A DNA stretch of 64,000 nucleotides from Lingula anatina (lineage: Eukaryota; Animalia; Brachiopoda): the NCBI GenBank assembly GCA_051362555.1, contig CM120649.1:7192001-7256000 (forward strand), read 5' to 3'. Positions 49,748-61,475 of this stretch are shown piece after piece (within the stretch, counting starts at the first letter, position 1; every line of letters starts with the position of its first letter). The notes under the pieces are model-generated. The model was not told the origin of the DNA, did no database searches, and was given only the letters and a program-made list of their open reading frames with translations. Made by a program: the position numbers and the translations under genes.

Positions 49748-52700
49748 CTTTGCGGATGGTAGCTTGCAGTGTGATGCCTTTCTACATCAAAGATGTCACA
49801 AATTGCTTGGACCAACTTAGACCTAAAGTTTTGACCTCTGTCGGTTATTATCTCTGATGGGGCACCATACCTTGTAAAGATTTGCTTATATAAAACGTCC
49901 GCTATTTCCTTAGCTTCTTGTGTTTGAATTGCGAAAGCTTCCGGCCACCGTGAAAATGACTCTACTGCCAAGAGGATATACTTTTGACCTGTTTTTGTAG
50001 GTGTGATGGGACCTAATATATCTAAATGCCAGGTGGTAAACACATCTTTGATGGGCAAAGGTTGAAGTAAAGGTTTGGTTTTGTGGTAACTTCTTTTAAC
50101 CCTCTGACAGATTTCACATGATTTCACATAACGCTTGATGTCCCTGGTCATTTTTGGCCAATAGTATTTAAATTTTATTTTTTCTACACACCTCCTAAAC
50201 CCTGGGTGGCAAGCTCCTGCCTTCATGTCATGATATGCTCTCAAAACCTTATTTCTATATTGTTCAGGAACTACTAACTGTTCTACTGCTGTGTCATCGC
50301 CAGCCTTTGCCTTCCTTCTATTTATATACCGTCTGTAAAGTAACCCATCCTTGAGGAAGAAAAAATCTTTTACCTGTTCTTTTGCTGATGGAAGATCTGT
50401 AGTGTTTTGAAGCATGTCAATCAATGGAGATAAATCAGAGGAATCTCTTTGCTTTTGCGCCATGTCGTTAAGTTCTATTTTATCTGGCCAAATGATTGGG
50501 GTGGGTTTGTTAATCGTTGCGATTGATATGGATGGACTTTGCTTGTGATACCGAAACTTTATGGCATGAAGTTTTTTGTTTGTTGATGTTTTAGATCTTT
50601 CAGTGGTTTTGCAGTTTTTGGTGTCTATTACATTGACTAAAGATTCCCTAGGGTTTGAATGAAAGTCATCGTCTTTTTTGTCAGATTGCCTTGATAAACA
50701 GTCCACCGGGTTTGCACTGCCTTTCTTATAATGAATTGAAAAATTTAGACCTTGGACTTCGAGTGCCCATCGATTCAACTTTTGATTACCGCTTTGTTTG
50801 GATTGCAGCCATTCAAGTGGCTTATGATCAGTAAATACCACAAAGTGGTTGGGCTGAAGGTAAATTCGATGTTCTTTAATTCCTTCCACAAGTGCCAAAC
50901 ATTCTTTCTCGGTCACGTTATAATTTTTCTCTGCAGGACGCAGGGTCCTTGATCCATAAGATATGGCATGCTCTCTACCATCCTCATCAAGCTGACTAAG
51001 CATGTACCCAATTGCGAAGTCTGAAGCTTCTGTTGTTAGTCTAAATTCTTTGTTCATGTCGGGGAATGCTAAAATGGGAGCAGTTGCTAATGCATTTTTT
51101 AGTTCGTCAAAAGATTGTTGGCATGCCACCGTCCATTTAAATGGTTGTTCTTTTCTCGTCAACACATTCAAAGGTGTTGCAATTTTAGCATAATTTTTAA
51201 CAAACCGACGATAATAATTGCACATTCCTAAAAAGCTTTTTACTTGAGTACGAGTTTTTGGCCTCGAGATATTCTTGACAGCTTCTACCTTAGACATGTC
51301 TAGCGAAACACCATCCTTTGTGATAAAATGACCCAAAAATTCTATTTTCTTGGAAGCCAATTTACATTTTTTGGTTTTTACCTTGAGATTTGCTTGTTGC
51401 AAGCATCTAAAAACTAGTTCCAAATGTTGTAAGTGCTCTTCAAAGTTTTTGGAAAAAATCAGAATATCATCAATGTAACATAACACCATTTTCCAATTTT
51501 AATCTTTTAATACACGAGCCATAGTACTTTGGTAGTAAGCCTACGCATTTCGAAGGCCGAAAGCTAGTCTTTTGAATTGAAAGTGACCATGGTGAGTGAC
51601 AAAGGCAGTTTTATGTCTGGTTGATTCTTCAAGAGGCAGTTGCCAAAATCCTGAGAAAAGATCAAGTGAACTGTAAACCTTAGCGTTAGAGTCAGCCAAT
51701 AAGTCTAGTACGTCAGTAAGTCGAGGTAAGGGAAAATGAATAGGTGTTGTCACCTTGTTTAAACGCCTATAGTCAATGGCAAAACGCATACTCCCATCTT
51801 TCTTTTGAACTAATACCACTGGGCTTGCCCATTCGCTGTTGGATTCTTCAATGATGTCATTTTTTAACATGTCATCCGTCTGTCTTTCAATTTCAGCCTT
51901 TTGATCAGGTGTTTATCGGTAATGTCGTTGTCTTTGAGGCGGGGCGTTATCAGTATCAATCACATGTCCTCTAACATTTGCCTCTCCTAACTCTGATAGC
52001 TCTGATGCAAATATATTTCTATATTTTCCGATTAGAATCAATAATTCAGTTTTTTGGTTCTCTGTCAAGTCAGATTCACCTAATGAAATGCCGGTTTCTT
52101 TAGCTAATTCAAGTAAGTTGGGACTGTCAACAGAATCATTTTTCGTGATATTTATAGTGGGTTCCCCGTATGGTGCTGATGCAACATTAACCTGACCCTC
52201 TCTCATGGGTAAAATGAAATTTTCATCCACAGGGTATGCCTTAGCTAAAACTGTGTCATTTGGAATGGTCAGAGCTTTCTCTGTAGGGTTGTAAATTCTA
52301 CACATGCTCCTATTTTTATCTAACACAAACCTAGCCACCAAATAGTCATTAATTACTGGGTCTAAAAGTAGACTTCCTGCCATGGTTTTGCTTGCTCCAG
52401 ATATTTTCACAGGGATTAATGTTTCAGACCTAGGTGGTAAGACTACCTTCTGGTCGGTACGTACCAAACCCAGATAATTTGGTTTGTTTGTGTTGATACT
52501 ATTTTGATCTTTGAATGAAAGAAGACTATTTTTTATGTCAAAGTTGGCACCATTTGCCTTAAGAAAGTCTATACCCAATATAACATTTCTGGGAAGGTTT
52601 TGAAAGATGTAAAACTTTTGAGTAAATGATTTTTTGCCAATTTTAAAATCAATTGATGTGCACCCAATGATTCTGTGTAATTCTCCCCCAACCCCTGAGA

Positions 52701-52932
52701 TAGTTGCTATATCTGATTGACAGATTTTCCCTTGACCTTCACCATTCAATTCTTTCACAATATTATGTGAAATACAAGAAATTGAGGCCCCCGTATCTAT
52801 CATAGCTTTGAGAGTTAAGTTTTTAAAATGAATTTTTACCAAATTGTGTTCTATTGGGTCCCCTGACATAACATTTCCTATTGAGCAGTTTGTATGTAAA
52901 TTCTTCAATTTTGCCTTATTACGCTCGCACCC
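49748..52932 (-). pseudogene. pol: Pol (protease, RT, RNase H, truncated integrase) with three in-frame stops
   Basis: Protease AMIDTGAS/ILGIDFL; RT WASPVVLV, AIDYRRLN, YIDDIL; RNase H LTTEASDFAIG, EKECLA, TDHKPL; integrase HHCC zinc finger, LDILGP, TDRG. Stops at 51913, 51541 and ~51499. Homology ends after ASYHPQ, before the third catalytic residue (E). Confidence 0.92.
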
Positions 52933-54240
52933 CTATTGCTTCACTGTTCTGCACACCACAGCCAAATGACCTATCCGTTCACAGTTATAACATTGTAACT
53001 TTCTGGCAAAACAAGTACTCTCGGAATGAAAAGTCCACTTACCACATCTTGTGCACTTTCGCTCCTTTCCATTTTCTCTCCCTCGGCTACTCTCACGACT
53101 CCTCTGTCCTGTTTGCCTTCTACTTGGGGATAGTTGCTGCTGAAAAGACACTTTTCGGTCATTTACATTTTCTCTACTAGTAGAAACCATTTGTACACTA
53201 GGGCCTTCAAGTACCTTATTCATTAGTTGTGTCAGCTGCCCCATCATGTTTTGCTGCATTTCAACAAACTTGTTCATTACCACTGTCAGATCTGAAGCCT
53301 TAACTTCTGAAGAGACAGGTGCTACTGTAGCCATCCCTCCTAAATCTATAGTGGCCTCAGCCAATTTTGCTGCTTCCTCCAAATCTGATATGCTCTGAGG
53401 ATTTTGCATCATTATCAATGCTCTAACTGAAGGATTTAAACCATTAATGATGGCTGTCATAATATGAGATTCAGGTAAATTCACTTGTCTCCCCATCTTT
53501 ACAATTTTGGCTACAAAATCTCTAATTTTGCTATCACCCTGCCTACTTGCAAATAAAGAAGCTGTAATAGATCTTATTGTGCTTGGGCTAGGCCCATATC
53601 TTTCTAAAAATGCTTTCTTAATATAATCAAAAGAAGACTTATTCTGAACTGTTAACAACCAAGTCTTTGCATTGTCTGTTAATAAGTATGTGAAATATGA
53701 AAGTCTCATGTTTTCATTGTATTGCATCAGATTACAATATTCTTCGAATCTATGCATCCACTCTGATGCACAGTCCTTGTCATCTCCCCGGAAAGGAAAG
53801 GGTGACAAGTGCTGTGGCATCGTAATTACCACAGGTGATGAAGAGTGCTGGCCTAGGAACTGTACTGGGTGTAGGGGTGGCTCTTGTTCCCTTGCTGGTT
53901 GTGCTGCAGGAGGAGGTGGAGGTTGGTTTCCTCCTGGCTGTGCTGAAGGAGGAGGTGGTGGTTGGTTTCCCGCTGGCTGTCTTGCAGGGGGTGGTGGCTG
54001 GTCTCCTGCTGGCTGCGCTGGGGGTGGGAGTGGCTGCTCCGCTGGCTGTGCTGGGGGGTTTATCACCTCATCCAGTTGTACTGGTGGTGGGTGTGTCTCC
54101 TCTGCCTGGTGTTGCTGTTGCTGAGGCTCTGTATTTGAAGCGGTCTGTTGCTGGACTGTATTTGAAGTAGTTTGTTGCTGCTGTTGCTGCTGGTTGCTCT
54201 CTACATCTCTCTGAGAGGTTCTTGGGGATGCTCTTCTCAT
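52933..54240 (-). CDS. gag: Gag (Gln/Pro-rich N-terminus, capsid, two Cys/His knuckles)
   Basis: The ATG at 54240 follows the PBS. Capsid-like PFPFRGD...WMHRFE; knuckles CTRCGKWTFHSESTC and CYNCERIGHLAVVC. Confidence 0.9.
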   Translation of the reverse strand: MRRASPRTSQRDVESNQQQQQQQTTSNTVQQQTASNTEPQQQQHQAEETHPPPVQLDEVINPPAQPAEQPLPPPAQPAGDQPPPPARQPAGNQPPPPPSAQPGGNQPPPPPAAQPAREQEPPLHPVQFLGQHSSSPVVITMPQHLSPFPFRGDDKDCASEWMHRFEEYCNLMQYNENMRLSYFTYLLTDNAKTWLLTVQNKSSFDYIKKAFLERYGPSPSTIRSITASLFASRQGDSKIRDFVAKIVKMGRQVNLPESHIMTAIINGLNPSVRALIMMQNPQSISDLEEAAKLAEATIDLGGMATVAPVSSEVKASDLTVVMNKFVEMQQNMMGQLTQLMNKVLEGPSVQMVSTSRENVNDRKVSFQQQLSPSRRQTGQRSRESSRGRENGKERKCTRCGKWTFHSESTCFARKLQCYNCERIGHLAVVCRTVKQ

Positions 54241-54262
54241 TTTGCCCTTTGGTTCCTCCACC

Positions 54263-54590
54263 AGTATCAGGAGTATTTTTTTGTCTGTTAATAGGTTGAG
54301 CAACAACAACAAGCAGCCTTCGGATAGGGAAGTTTATTTCAGCATACAGTACAGCTCTCCCAGCTCTCCCTATCTCTCTCTCTCCTTTCTCCAGAGAGTG
54401 GAGGGCTTTTATACAAGATTTTCACATCTAGCATTACATGAAACTACTGGGATATATTAGTCCATATAAGTGTATGTTCTGTCTTAAATAGAAAGGTATA
54501 GGAATAGGTTTCAGGTATACGTTTCCTGTTCCAGGAGATAACATTATATAAGTTTTATAAATAAATTTGTATACTTTCTGAACTGTGATA
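54263..54590 (-). repeat. 5' LTR
   Basis: Followed directly by the PBS and the gag ATG. Confidence 0.92.
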
Positions 54591-54698
54591 ATAAGCTGAG
54601 CAATAAACAGTGTATACAGTTCGTAGCTGGAGCTCAACTGAACTAGAAGTCCAGTGCCCCTTCTGAGGTACTCGAGGATCACACAGTTTTCTCCACCA

Positions 54699-54800
54699 TA
54701 TAACACAAGGCTGTTTCTTTCTTGAAGTTGATTTCTTTATTCTCCTTTTCTTAATTGCCCTTCTAGGTGGTTGCTATCTATCTCTAGGTGGTTGCTTGCC

Positions 54801-54831
<31 letters not shown>

Positions 54832-54985
54832 GCTATCTATATCTCTACTGCTATCTATATCTGTCTCTTAAATATCCTCTCATGCCAGCCACCCTACAAA
54901 TCACTGTCAACTACCTCTACCTTTAACTCTATTGGTTAGTATCTAAGTTAAGAACACACCCATCCAGAGGTAGAGGTCCCCCTAG
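54699..54985 (-). mobile_element. 5' LTR of another family, followed by PBS (54691-54698)
   Basis: Homologous to 60433-60655 (ATTGGTTAGTATCTAAGTTAAGAACACACCCATC). CCAAT, TATTTAA and AATAAA on -; ends GTGTTATA|TGGTGGAG. Confidence 0.72.
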
Positions 54986-55224
54986 GAAATTTTTTTATGA
55001 TTTCACTTACAGTCCTTTAAAACCTTATATATCGATAAAAATACATCCAAACAGGTACTTCTTCTGTGCTGTAGCAGCAAAGACATGCTTTCCCATCCTC
55101 AACTTTACAAATTCCTTTGAAATAATAACTTTGACCTCCTTTTCCTGCAGCATTCCAAGGCATTCAAAGTTATATATTTTTTCATAAAAAATATCAATTC
55201 CAAACATTTCTAACACGATGAATT

Positions 55225-55600
55225 GTTTTGTTCTTTCATTTAATTTTCTGTAATCGACACAGAATCTGACAGAATTGTGCGCTTTTGGCACTATAAGGCA
55301 GGGTGAACTCCATTGACTTTGACTGGGTCTTATTATGTCATTATCAAGGAGAAATTGGATTTCTTTGTCGATAACATCGCGCTTTGTCAGAGGTGTTCTA
55401 TACGCATGCTGTTGTACCGGATCGTTATCGCCCGTGTCTATAATCATTGGGATTATATCACACTTTCCTAAAGGATTTTTATCGGTGCTAAAAACATCGC
55501 GATATTCGTTGATGAGTCTATCGATTTCCGCGTTGCCCGATGGCGTCGGTTCCTCTATGATCTCCGCGACGCGATGTGGCCCATTGTACTCTTTCAACGG
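55225..55600 (-). pseudogene. Gypsy RT N-terminal fragment
   Basis: EYRDVFS...LGKC...IDTGDNDPVQQHAYRTP...IIRPSQSQWSSPCLIVPK...RFCVDYRKLN. Confidence 0.88.
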
Positions 55601-56500
55601 CCAATCTTTATTGAACAAGCACATAATTTTTCGCGGGCAATCTACTCCCACTCCCACTCGACCTCCCACAGCTGTCGCAGATGATCCAGTCATAAAATTT
55701 GTGAAGTACAGAAGGGTGTACAGTTGGCCGTCTGGTGTATATCTTGACGTCATGCAACATGCCGATGACGTTGGTCAAGTGGCCGTGCACCGAATTTTCC
55801 ATGTCCACAATCACGGCCACACGACATTTCTGTTCAGCCAACACAGATACGTTAGGAGCACACCTCCCACTCGCCCAGCAAACCGTACCCCACAGCCGTC
55901 ACCCACCAGGCAGGGGTTGTCCACAATAATCAAGTTGGGCTTATCTTTCTCCACATGGGACACAGCGCCCCGGAGACACCCGACGCTGCCTTGCCGTGCC
56001 TCTAAGGTGGTAACTTCGTCCACATCTACGAACGGCGGCTGGTCATCCGGACCGCACCACTTCTCGGTCCACTGAAGCCTCTCATCATCGGCAATAACGC
56101 ACACGTGCATGGTGTAATGTTTTGTGAGACAACGAAAGCATGTACGCGGGGTAACAGTGAGATACCCACTTCTATACACGTTCATCGCGTCCGAGAGACA
56201 AAGGCGACAAAGCAGATACAGAAACCTGGCAATTGACCTGAACATAGGGTTACAGTAACCTGTTCTAGAAGTTAGTTGTGAAAAAGCACGGGTACCGTGT
56301 CATAATTATGATGGTACATAACACAAGCAATGATACTCGTTATTAGCTATGCCGCAATAATAGCGAGTAGAGACACGTAATTAGACAGCGCACAACGCGC
56401 CACTTAAGAATATATGATTTAGCAAGTAAACAACCCTTTTGTCGGTGTTTCCCGATATGGTAAAAATATTGGATATTTTTACTTGTAAGGAAGGGACGAT

Positions 56501-57014
56501 TGTAACGTACCGATCTTAATAATTAAGCCATATCAGGATTCACCGACAAAAGGAATAATTGGAGAGTATCATTATCAAAAGCCACCGACGTTGGGCCGCG
56601 GCAGTGGTGAGGATTAGCTCGTTAAGGGGTCGTTTTGTCTCAGATGTCGGGGAGATGATCGTAACCTTACCAATCCTCAATACAGGTCAATCGTTTGACA
56701 GACATACCGTCGCCGAAGGTTCGGCCAGGGTTGCGACATTGAACCGACATCAAGCATATTAACGGATAAGGACCTTTTAACGAGCTTCCTCACCACTCAG
56801 TATATAAGGTCTAGAAAACTCTCGGTTGGGGAGAGGGTAGAAGACGCAGATCAGTAGAACCTCTACTTGTTAACGACGTCGACTGTAGGCCGATGTCCAG
56901 GCCGCCTCTAATCCTGTTCAATAAATTATAAAGTTAAACTTCTTCGTTGAGTTCATCTCTGACTGAGGCGTCCACCAGCAAGCCTCACGAATCAGTACGA
57001 GTACCTGTACGACA
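56501..57014 (+). mobile_element. 3' LTR of a plus-strand LTR element
   Basis: PPT AAGGAAGGGA precedes TGTAACGTAC...GTACGACA ends. TATATAA at 56801 and AATAAA at 56920. Confidence 0.65.
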
Positions 57015-59387
57015 TCACATTTGAGTCTACAGTAGCCTTCTTTATACTTAAAACCGGCGTGCCAGACCTTTAATGTTTACGAGTTTAAAGATAAGAAGAG
57101 CGTCTAAAGATAAGAGTGATTACTGCGATAGGGTAGAGGGAAAGAGCGTCTAAAGATAAGAGTAATTACTATAAACTAATTGAGCCGCGTGCACATGCCC
57201 GCGACTCTGATCAAGGAAATTTAAAATATACTGGTCTGAACAAACTGAGTTTCACAGCCAGTAAAGAACACAACACTCCTTTAGTTTCTCCCAGGTTTTA
57301 TTCAGTGTCACTGCTCCCACAACTACTACAGCTACCACTACCTCTCAGAGAATACATACAGGTTATATAGTCTATATATATCAACTACTGCTAGAGGTAA
57401 ATGCTCTTAATTACAGGGTAGGAAGATGACTTACGTTGGTAAAATTATAATTAAAGAGTGTGGTGGGAGACGTCTGGCTATACTAAAAGAGAGACCACTG
57501 TCTGACCATTTCCTTTGAAGTTATATGATGTTTACATGTAGATGACCGATTAATAATACAGTTGTGATATGAGTCTGCAGGTTTACAGCCTTTAAACTCT
57601 AACAATTTTAATGCCTGTTCATAAGTATTGTGTGGGGTGTCAACCCAATCACCTTTCTCTTCAATCAAAATGGTATATATATTTTGGACATCCATACCTT
57701 AGTTTATTCATTGGGAGGCAAGGTGGCAACTAAACATTTCTAAAATGGTAAATTGATCTTCATCACCTCCAAATTCCTAACTGAAATTTCTGCTGAACAT
57801 TCATACAGCCTTTTATGATTCCATTTTTTTGGACAATTGCTCCAAAACAAAATGGTATACATATTTTGGCCATCCATACCTTAGTTTATTCTACGGGAGG
57901 CAAGGTGACTTCTCTCTCTCTCTTAACTCTACCCCTAGAGCCTGACCCACTCCTTGTGGTTTCTCTACCAGTAGTCTCCACCAAATATCACGGTGGATTT
58001 TGGGGATCCTGAACCGTAGCAACATTGATCCAAGAATGTGTGATTTTCATGTCCTCTTTATTCTTGGATAAGAATAATTCCACACATTGTTTTGTGAGTA
58101 TCATTCTCGACCTTTTCCAGATTTTCAACTAACATTTCTATTGATTTTGAATGCAAGGCTTCCAAACCCCATACATCAAATAATGCAAACATACAGGTAC
58201 ATCTCTGGATCTGTACCAAACAATCTTTCCCCATTATTAGCTTAACACATAATTTTGTTATGCTTACTTCTACCTTATTATTTCCTAACATTCCAAGGGA
58301 ATCAAAAGCATATTTTCTTCTTATTTAATATAACGGCTCTAAACATTTTTTTCTTGAAAGGTTGCTTTTCATTACCTCCTAATTCTTAATTAAAATGTCT
58401 GCTGCACATTCTAACAACCTTTATCATTACGTTTTCAAGACAAATGGTCTAAAATAAAAGCATCTGCTTTCTTTCTCATGTAAAATAACAAACCCAAACA
58501 CTCTTTTGGAGATAACTTTTCATTACCTCAAAATTCCTAATTAAAATGTCTGCTGCACATTCTAACAATCTTTTATCATTCCATTTTCTAGACAAATGGT
58601 CCCATGTAAAAGCATCTGCTGCTTTACAACCTTTGAATTCCAACATTTTTCTGCCTTTTCATAAAGGTCTTGAGCTAAGTGCCTCATAAATGACCCACTT
58701 CTGCAAGCTGTCTCCAGGTCGAGTTCTGCCTTTACTGCAGAACTAGTATAAAGTTCCAGCTCTAAGAGATATCCTCTCTTTCAAAAAAATAAATAAATAA
58801 CCCAACACAGAGAGTAACTGGAGAGACCTTTATTGCAACAGAACTAACCTCCTCCTGAGTCTGCTGCATCTACTGTTGATGTCAAGATTCAGAGGGGTTT
58901 TTATATTCAAATATTAACAGCATTCTTTATTACAAAAGGATTCCAGCTTAATTAAACAGTGAAGAGTGACTTATATTCTAATATTGATCTAAATGTTATT
59001 TATAGGGGACGGTGTGTCCAGTGACAGACTAAATGTATTCTAGTTTGGTTATAGTGCATCACATATATATCTTCCAAAGAGTCATTTAAGGGAACACTAT
59101 CTCTACTTAACAACATGCCTGTTGTAATAACCAGTCGGTGGTTATACACACCTTCTTAGAGTTACTTTTTCACCAATAAGTCAACTGAGACAGGCAGGTA
59201 TAGTTTACTGCTACATGATTTATTCAATCGACTGAAGACTCGGTACTATCAGTACTAACTTCTTAGATATACCTCGGGTATAATCTAGTCGTTATGGGCT
59301 CTAATCCACCGCTGGAAGATTCTAGGTATGGTACGCGATTCCTGACTTGGGTTATTATGCCTGGAGAGAAGAGTAATGCAACACCAC

Positions 59388-59614
59388 TGTTTAGTTACAA
59401 AAATCAAAACTCGTTTATTGCCTGGTCGCCGCCTGATTTTATACCTAACTTTGCGTGACAGACTTGTATCTTTATTGAGACTTTACTATAATTAAAGGAG
59501 ATGAGATAAGAAAAGAGATTAACTTTAGATAAGAGCTATAAACTTCTATTGACACGTCTTACGAGTCGTGTGCTCAAGCCCGCGACTCAGATCGAATAAA
59601 TTACTAGTCTGAAC
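59388..59614 (-). mobile_element. LTR (TGTTCAG...AAACA) followed by TGGTG PBS-like site; diverged copy at ~57020-57242
   Basis: Shared GCCCGCGACTC.GATC...TACT.GTCTGAACA block; TATA and AATAAA on -. Confidence 0.6.
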
Positions 59615-59869
59615 ACGCCTTCCTTTTTCACCAAAAAAATTTATGAAATACAATTTTTTTCCTTAATACATTGCTTAAAACATTCGTTAATATAATTCTA
59701 TTACGCTTTTATCATTAAAATCATATATACACTTCTTTTTAAACACAAAAGCATCAAAAGCAAAGTAAAATCCGGTACCCGATGCTCTCAGGACGTGGGG
59801 AAAAACCCGTCTAAACCCCTTTGTGGGGATTCCCGGGAAAGTGCCCACGCCTGGATACTATAGTCTATG

Positions 59870-60432
59870 TACACTAAATCTACAAGAGTTGTTGCATTTT
59901 GCTGAATAACAAATGTCTTTATGGCCTGAGGTAGACCAGTGATGATGGCTTGTATCATATGTGCCTCTGGTAGTTCAACTTCTCTCACCAATTTTCTTAT
60001 TCTAGTAATATAATCCAGTATGGGCTCTGTGGGTCCCTTTTTGGAAGTGAAAAGAGTTCCTAAGATGGCCTGTGCCACTTGGGGATGCTATTTAAAACGT
60101 AGTTTGAATGCGTTTTGTAAGCGTTACCAGTTCTCTCGTTGTTGGTAACTCTTCGTACCAATCCTCTGCTGGCCTTTGAGGTACAGTGGAAAGTGCTGTA
60201 GTTGGTTTTGTTGGTTCCAGCCTTTGGCTGCAGCAAACAGTTTAAATTTTTGAATCCACCTAGTGGAATCATCAGTAGCACCAGAAAAATAGGGGATGCT
60301 TGGCCCTGAATTAAAGTCATTGGTCATCTGCTGCCGTGTTGCCATGGTACATGTAATAGTTCTGTTTCTTAGTTGTATACTGTTATAAGCAGGTATGCTC
60401 ATCTGACTTGAGGATCAATCAGGTCTCCACCA
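59870..60432 (-). pseudogene. Frameshifted Gypsy gag (capsid) fragment after a PBS
   Basis: IPYFSGATDDSTRWIQKF...FPLYLKG and LPEAHMIQAIITGLPQAIKTFVIQQN are homologous to the 52933-54240 gag. PBS at 60425-60432. Confidence 0.82.
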
Positions 60433-60655
60433 TATAACACAACGCTGTTTCTCTAGGTTTTTAAGCTTCTTTTATTGTCGTCTCTTCTGCTAATACAAGG
60501 CAGGCAGGTACCTAGCTCACTACTGGGTATTTTTGGCATCTTAAATACCCTACTACTCTAGCTATCCTATAAGTCCCTGTCATCTACTTCTACCTTTAAT
60601 TTCATTGGTTAGTATCTAAGTTAAGAACACACCCATCAAGAGGTAGGGGTCCCCT
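60433..60655 (-). mobile_element. 5' LTR homologous to 54699-54985
   Basis: Shared blocks and the same GTGTTATA|TGGTGGAG junction. Confidence 0.72.
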
Positions 60656-61202
60656 ATACTTCCTGACAGGAAGCATCTTATCTATTCTACTACCCATCCC
60701 TTTTCCTGTACACCGTCCCCAGCTAGTCTGCCTCTCATCACCTATCTATGTTGGATCTACTTCTACTGAAAATAACTGACACTATCTTTCATGAAATGTG
60801 TATATATAAAATAAAAATCAATCACTCTATAAAAATAAAAATCTATCACTATGATAGTATTTTTCTTCTCGTCACTTTCACTGGTAGCTGGCTTTTATAT
60901 ATTTTACAAAAGGAAATATTTTGTTTTCAGCATATGCGTGCATGTCCGTAATTACAGCTACCTTGACTAGCTGATGTGCTGTGACAGATCTTAATTATAA
61001 CTTTATCTTAACATTAACTGTGTATGTTATTGTTGTCAAAACACTAATTATGCATAAGGTTACAACATTAATTATACATAAGGTTTACATGTTTATGTAT
61101 TCAGGTGATTTTATATGCATGATACTGCTACTAACTATTCCTACTGAAGGGCTACGAAAGGCCCTCCTTTTATTGTGGTCTACATACAATGAGATTCTTT
61201 AG

Positions 61203-61204
<2 letters not shown>

Positions 61205-61248
<44 letters not shown>
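61205..61248. repeat. (TA)n microsatellite
   Basis: Visible directly. Confidence 0.95.
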
Positions 61249-61250
<2 letters not shown>

Positions 61251-61475
61251 TAATGGTTTACATAGGTGATCTTTAAGCACAAAGGTAACACATAGTAAGT
61301 CAGTACATACAATACAATAGGCTTTTTAGAAAAATGACTATTAATGATTTGCACATGGAATAGAGTAGTCAGACAGAGACAGATGTCTGGAGTTCTCAGT
61401 GCTGAAGTGAGATGGACATGTAACATCTCGGAGTTATAAATTTTCATACTAAGAGTGTCACACTATGTAATTGTC

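Larger units (their letters stand above)
48717..54590 (-). mobile_element. Ty3/Gypsy LTR retrotransposon (two 328-bp LTRs; gag, PR-RT-RH-IN; pol defective)
   Basis: LTRs at 48717-49044 and 54263-54590 appear identical. PBS TGGTGGAG is at 54256-54263 and a purine tract AAGGAGTATGGGAAG precedes the 3' LTR. Domain order is PR-RT-RH-IN. Confidence 0.95.

Noticed and set aside
53672-54170. Gly/Cys-rich plus-strand ORFs
   Set aside because: Antisense of the Pro/Gln-rich gag N-terminus.
54241-54312. Gag start at 54312 as given in the ORF track
   Set aside because: It lies within the LTR/PBS with a non-ATG start; the ATG at 54240 after the PBS is more plausible.
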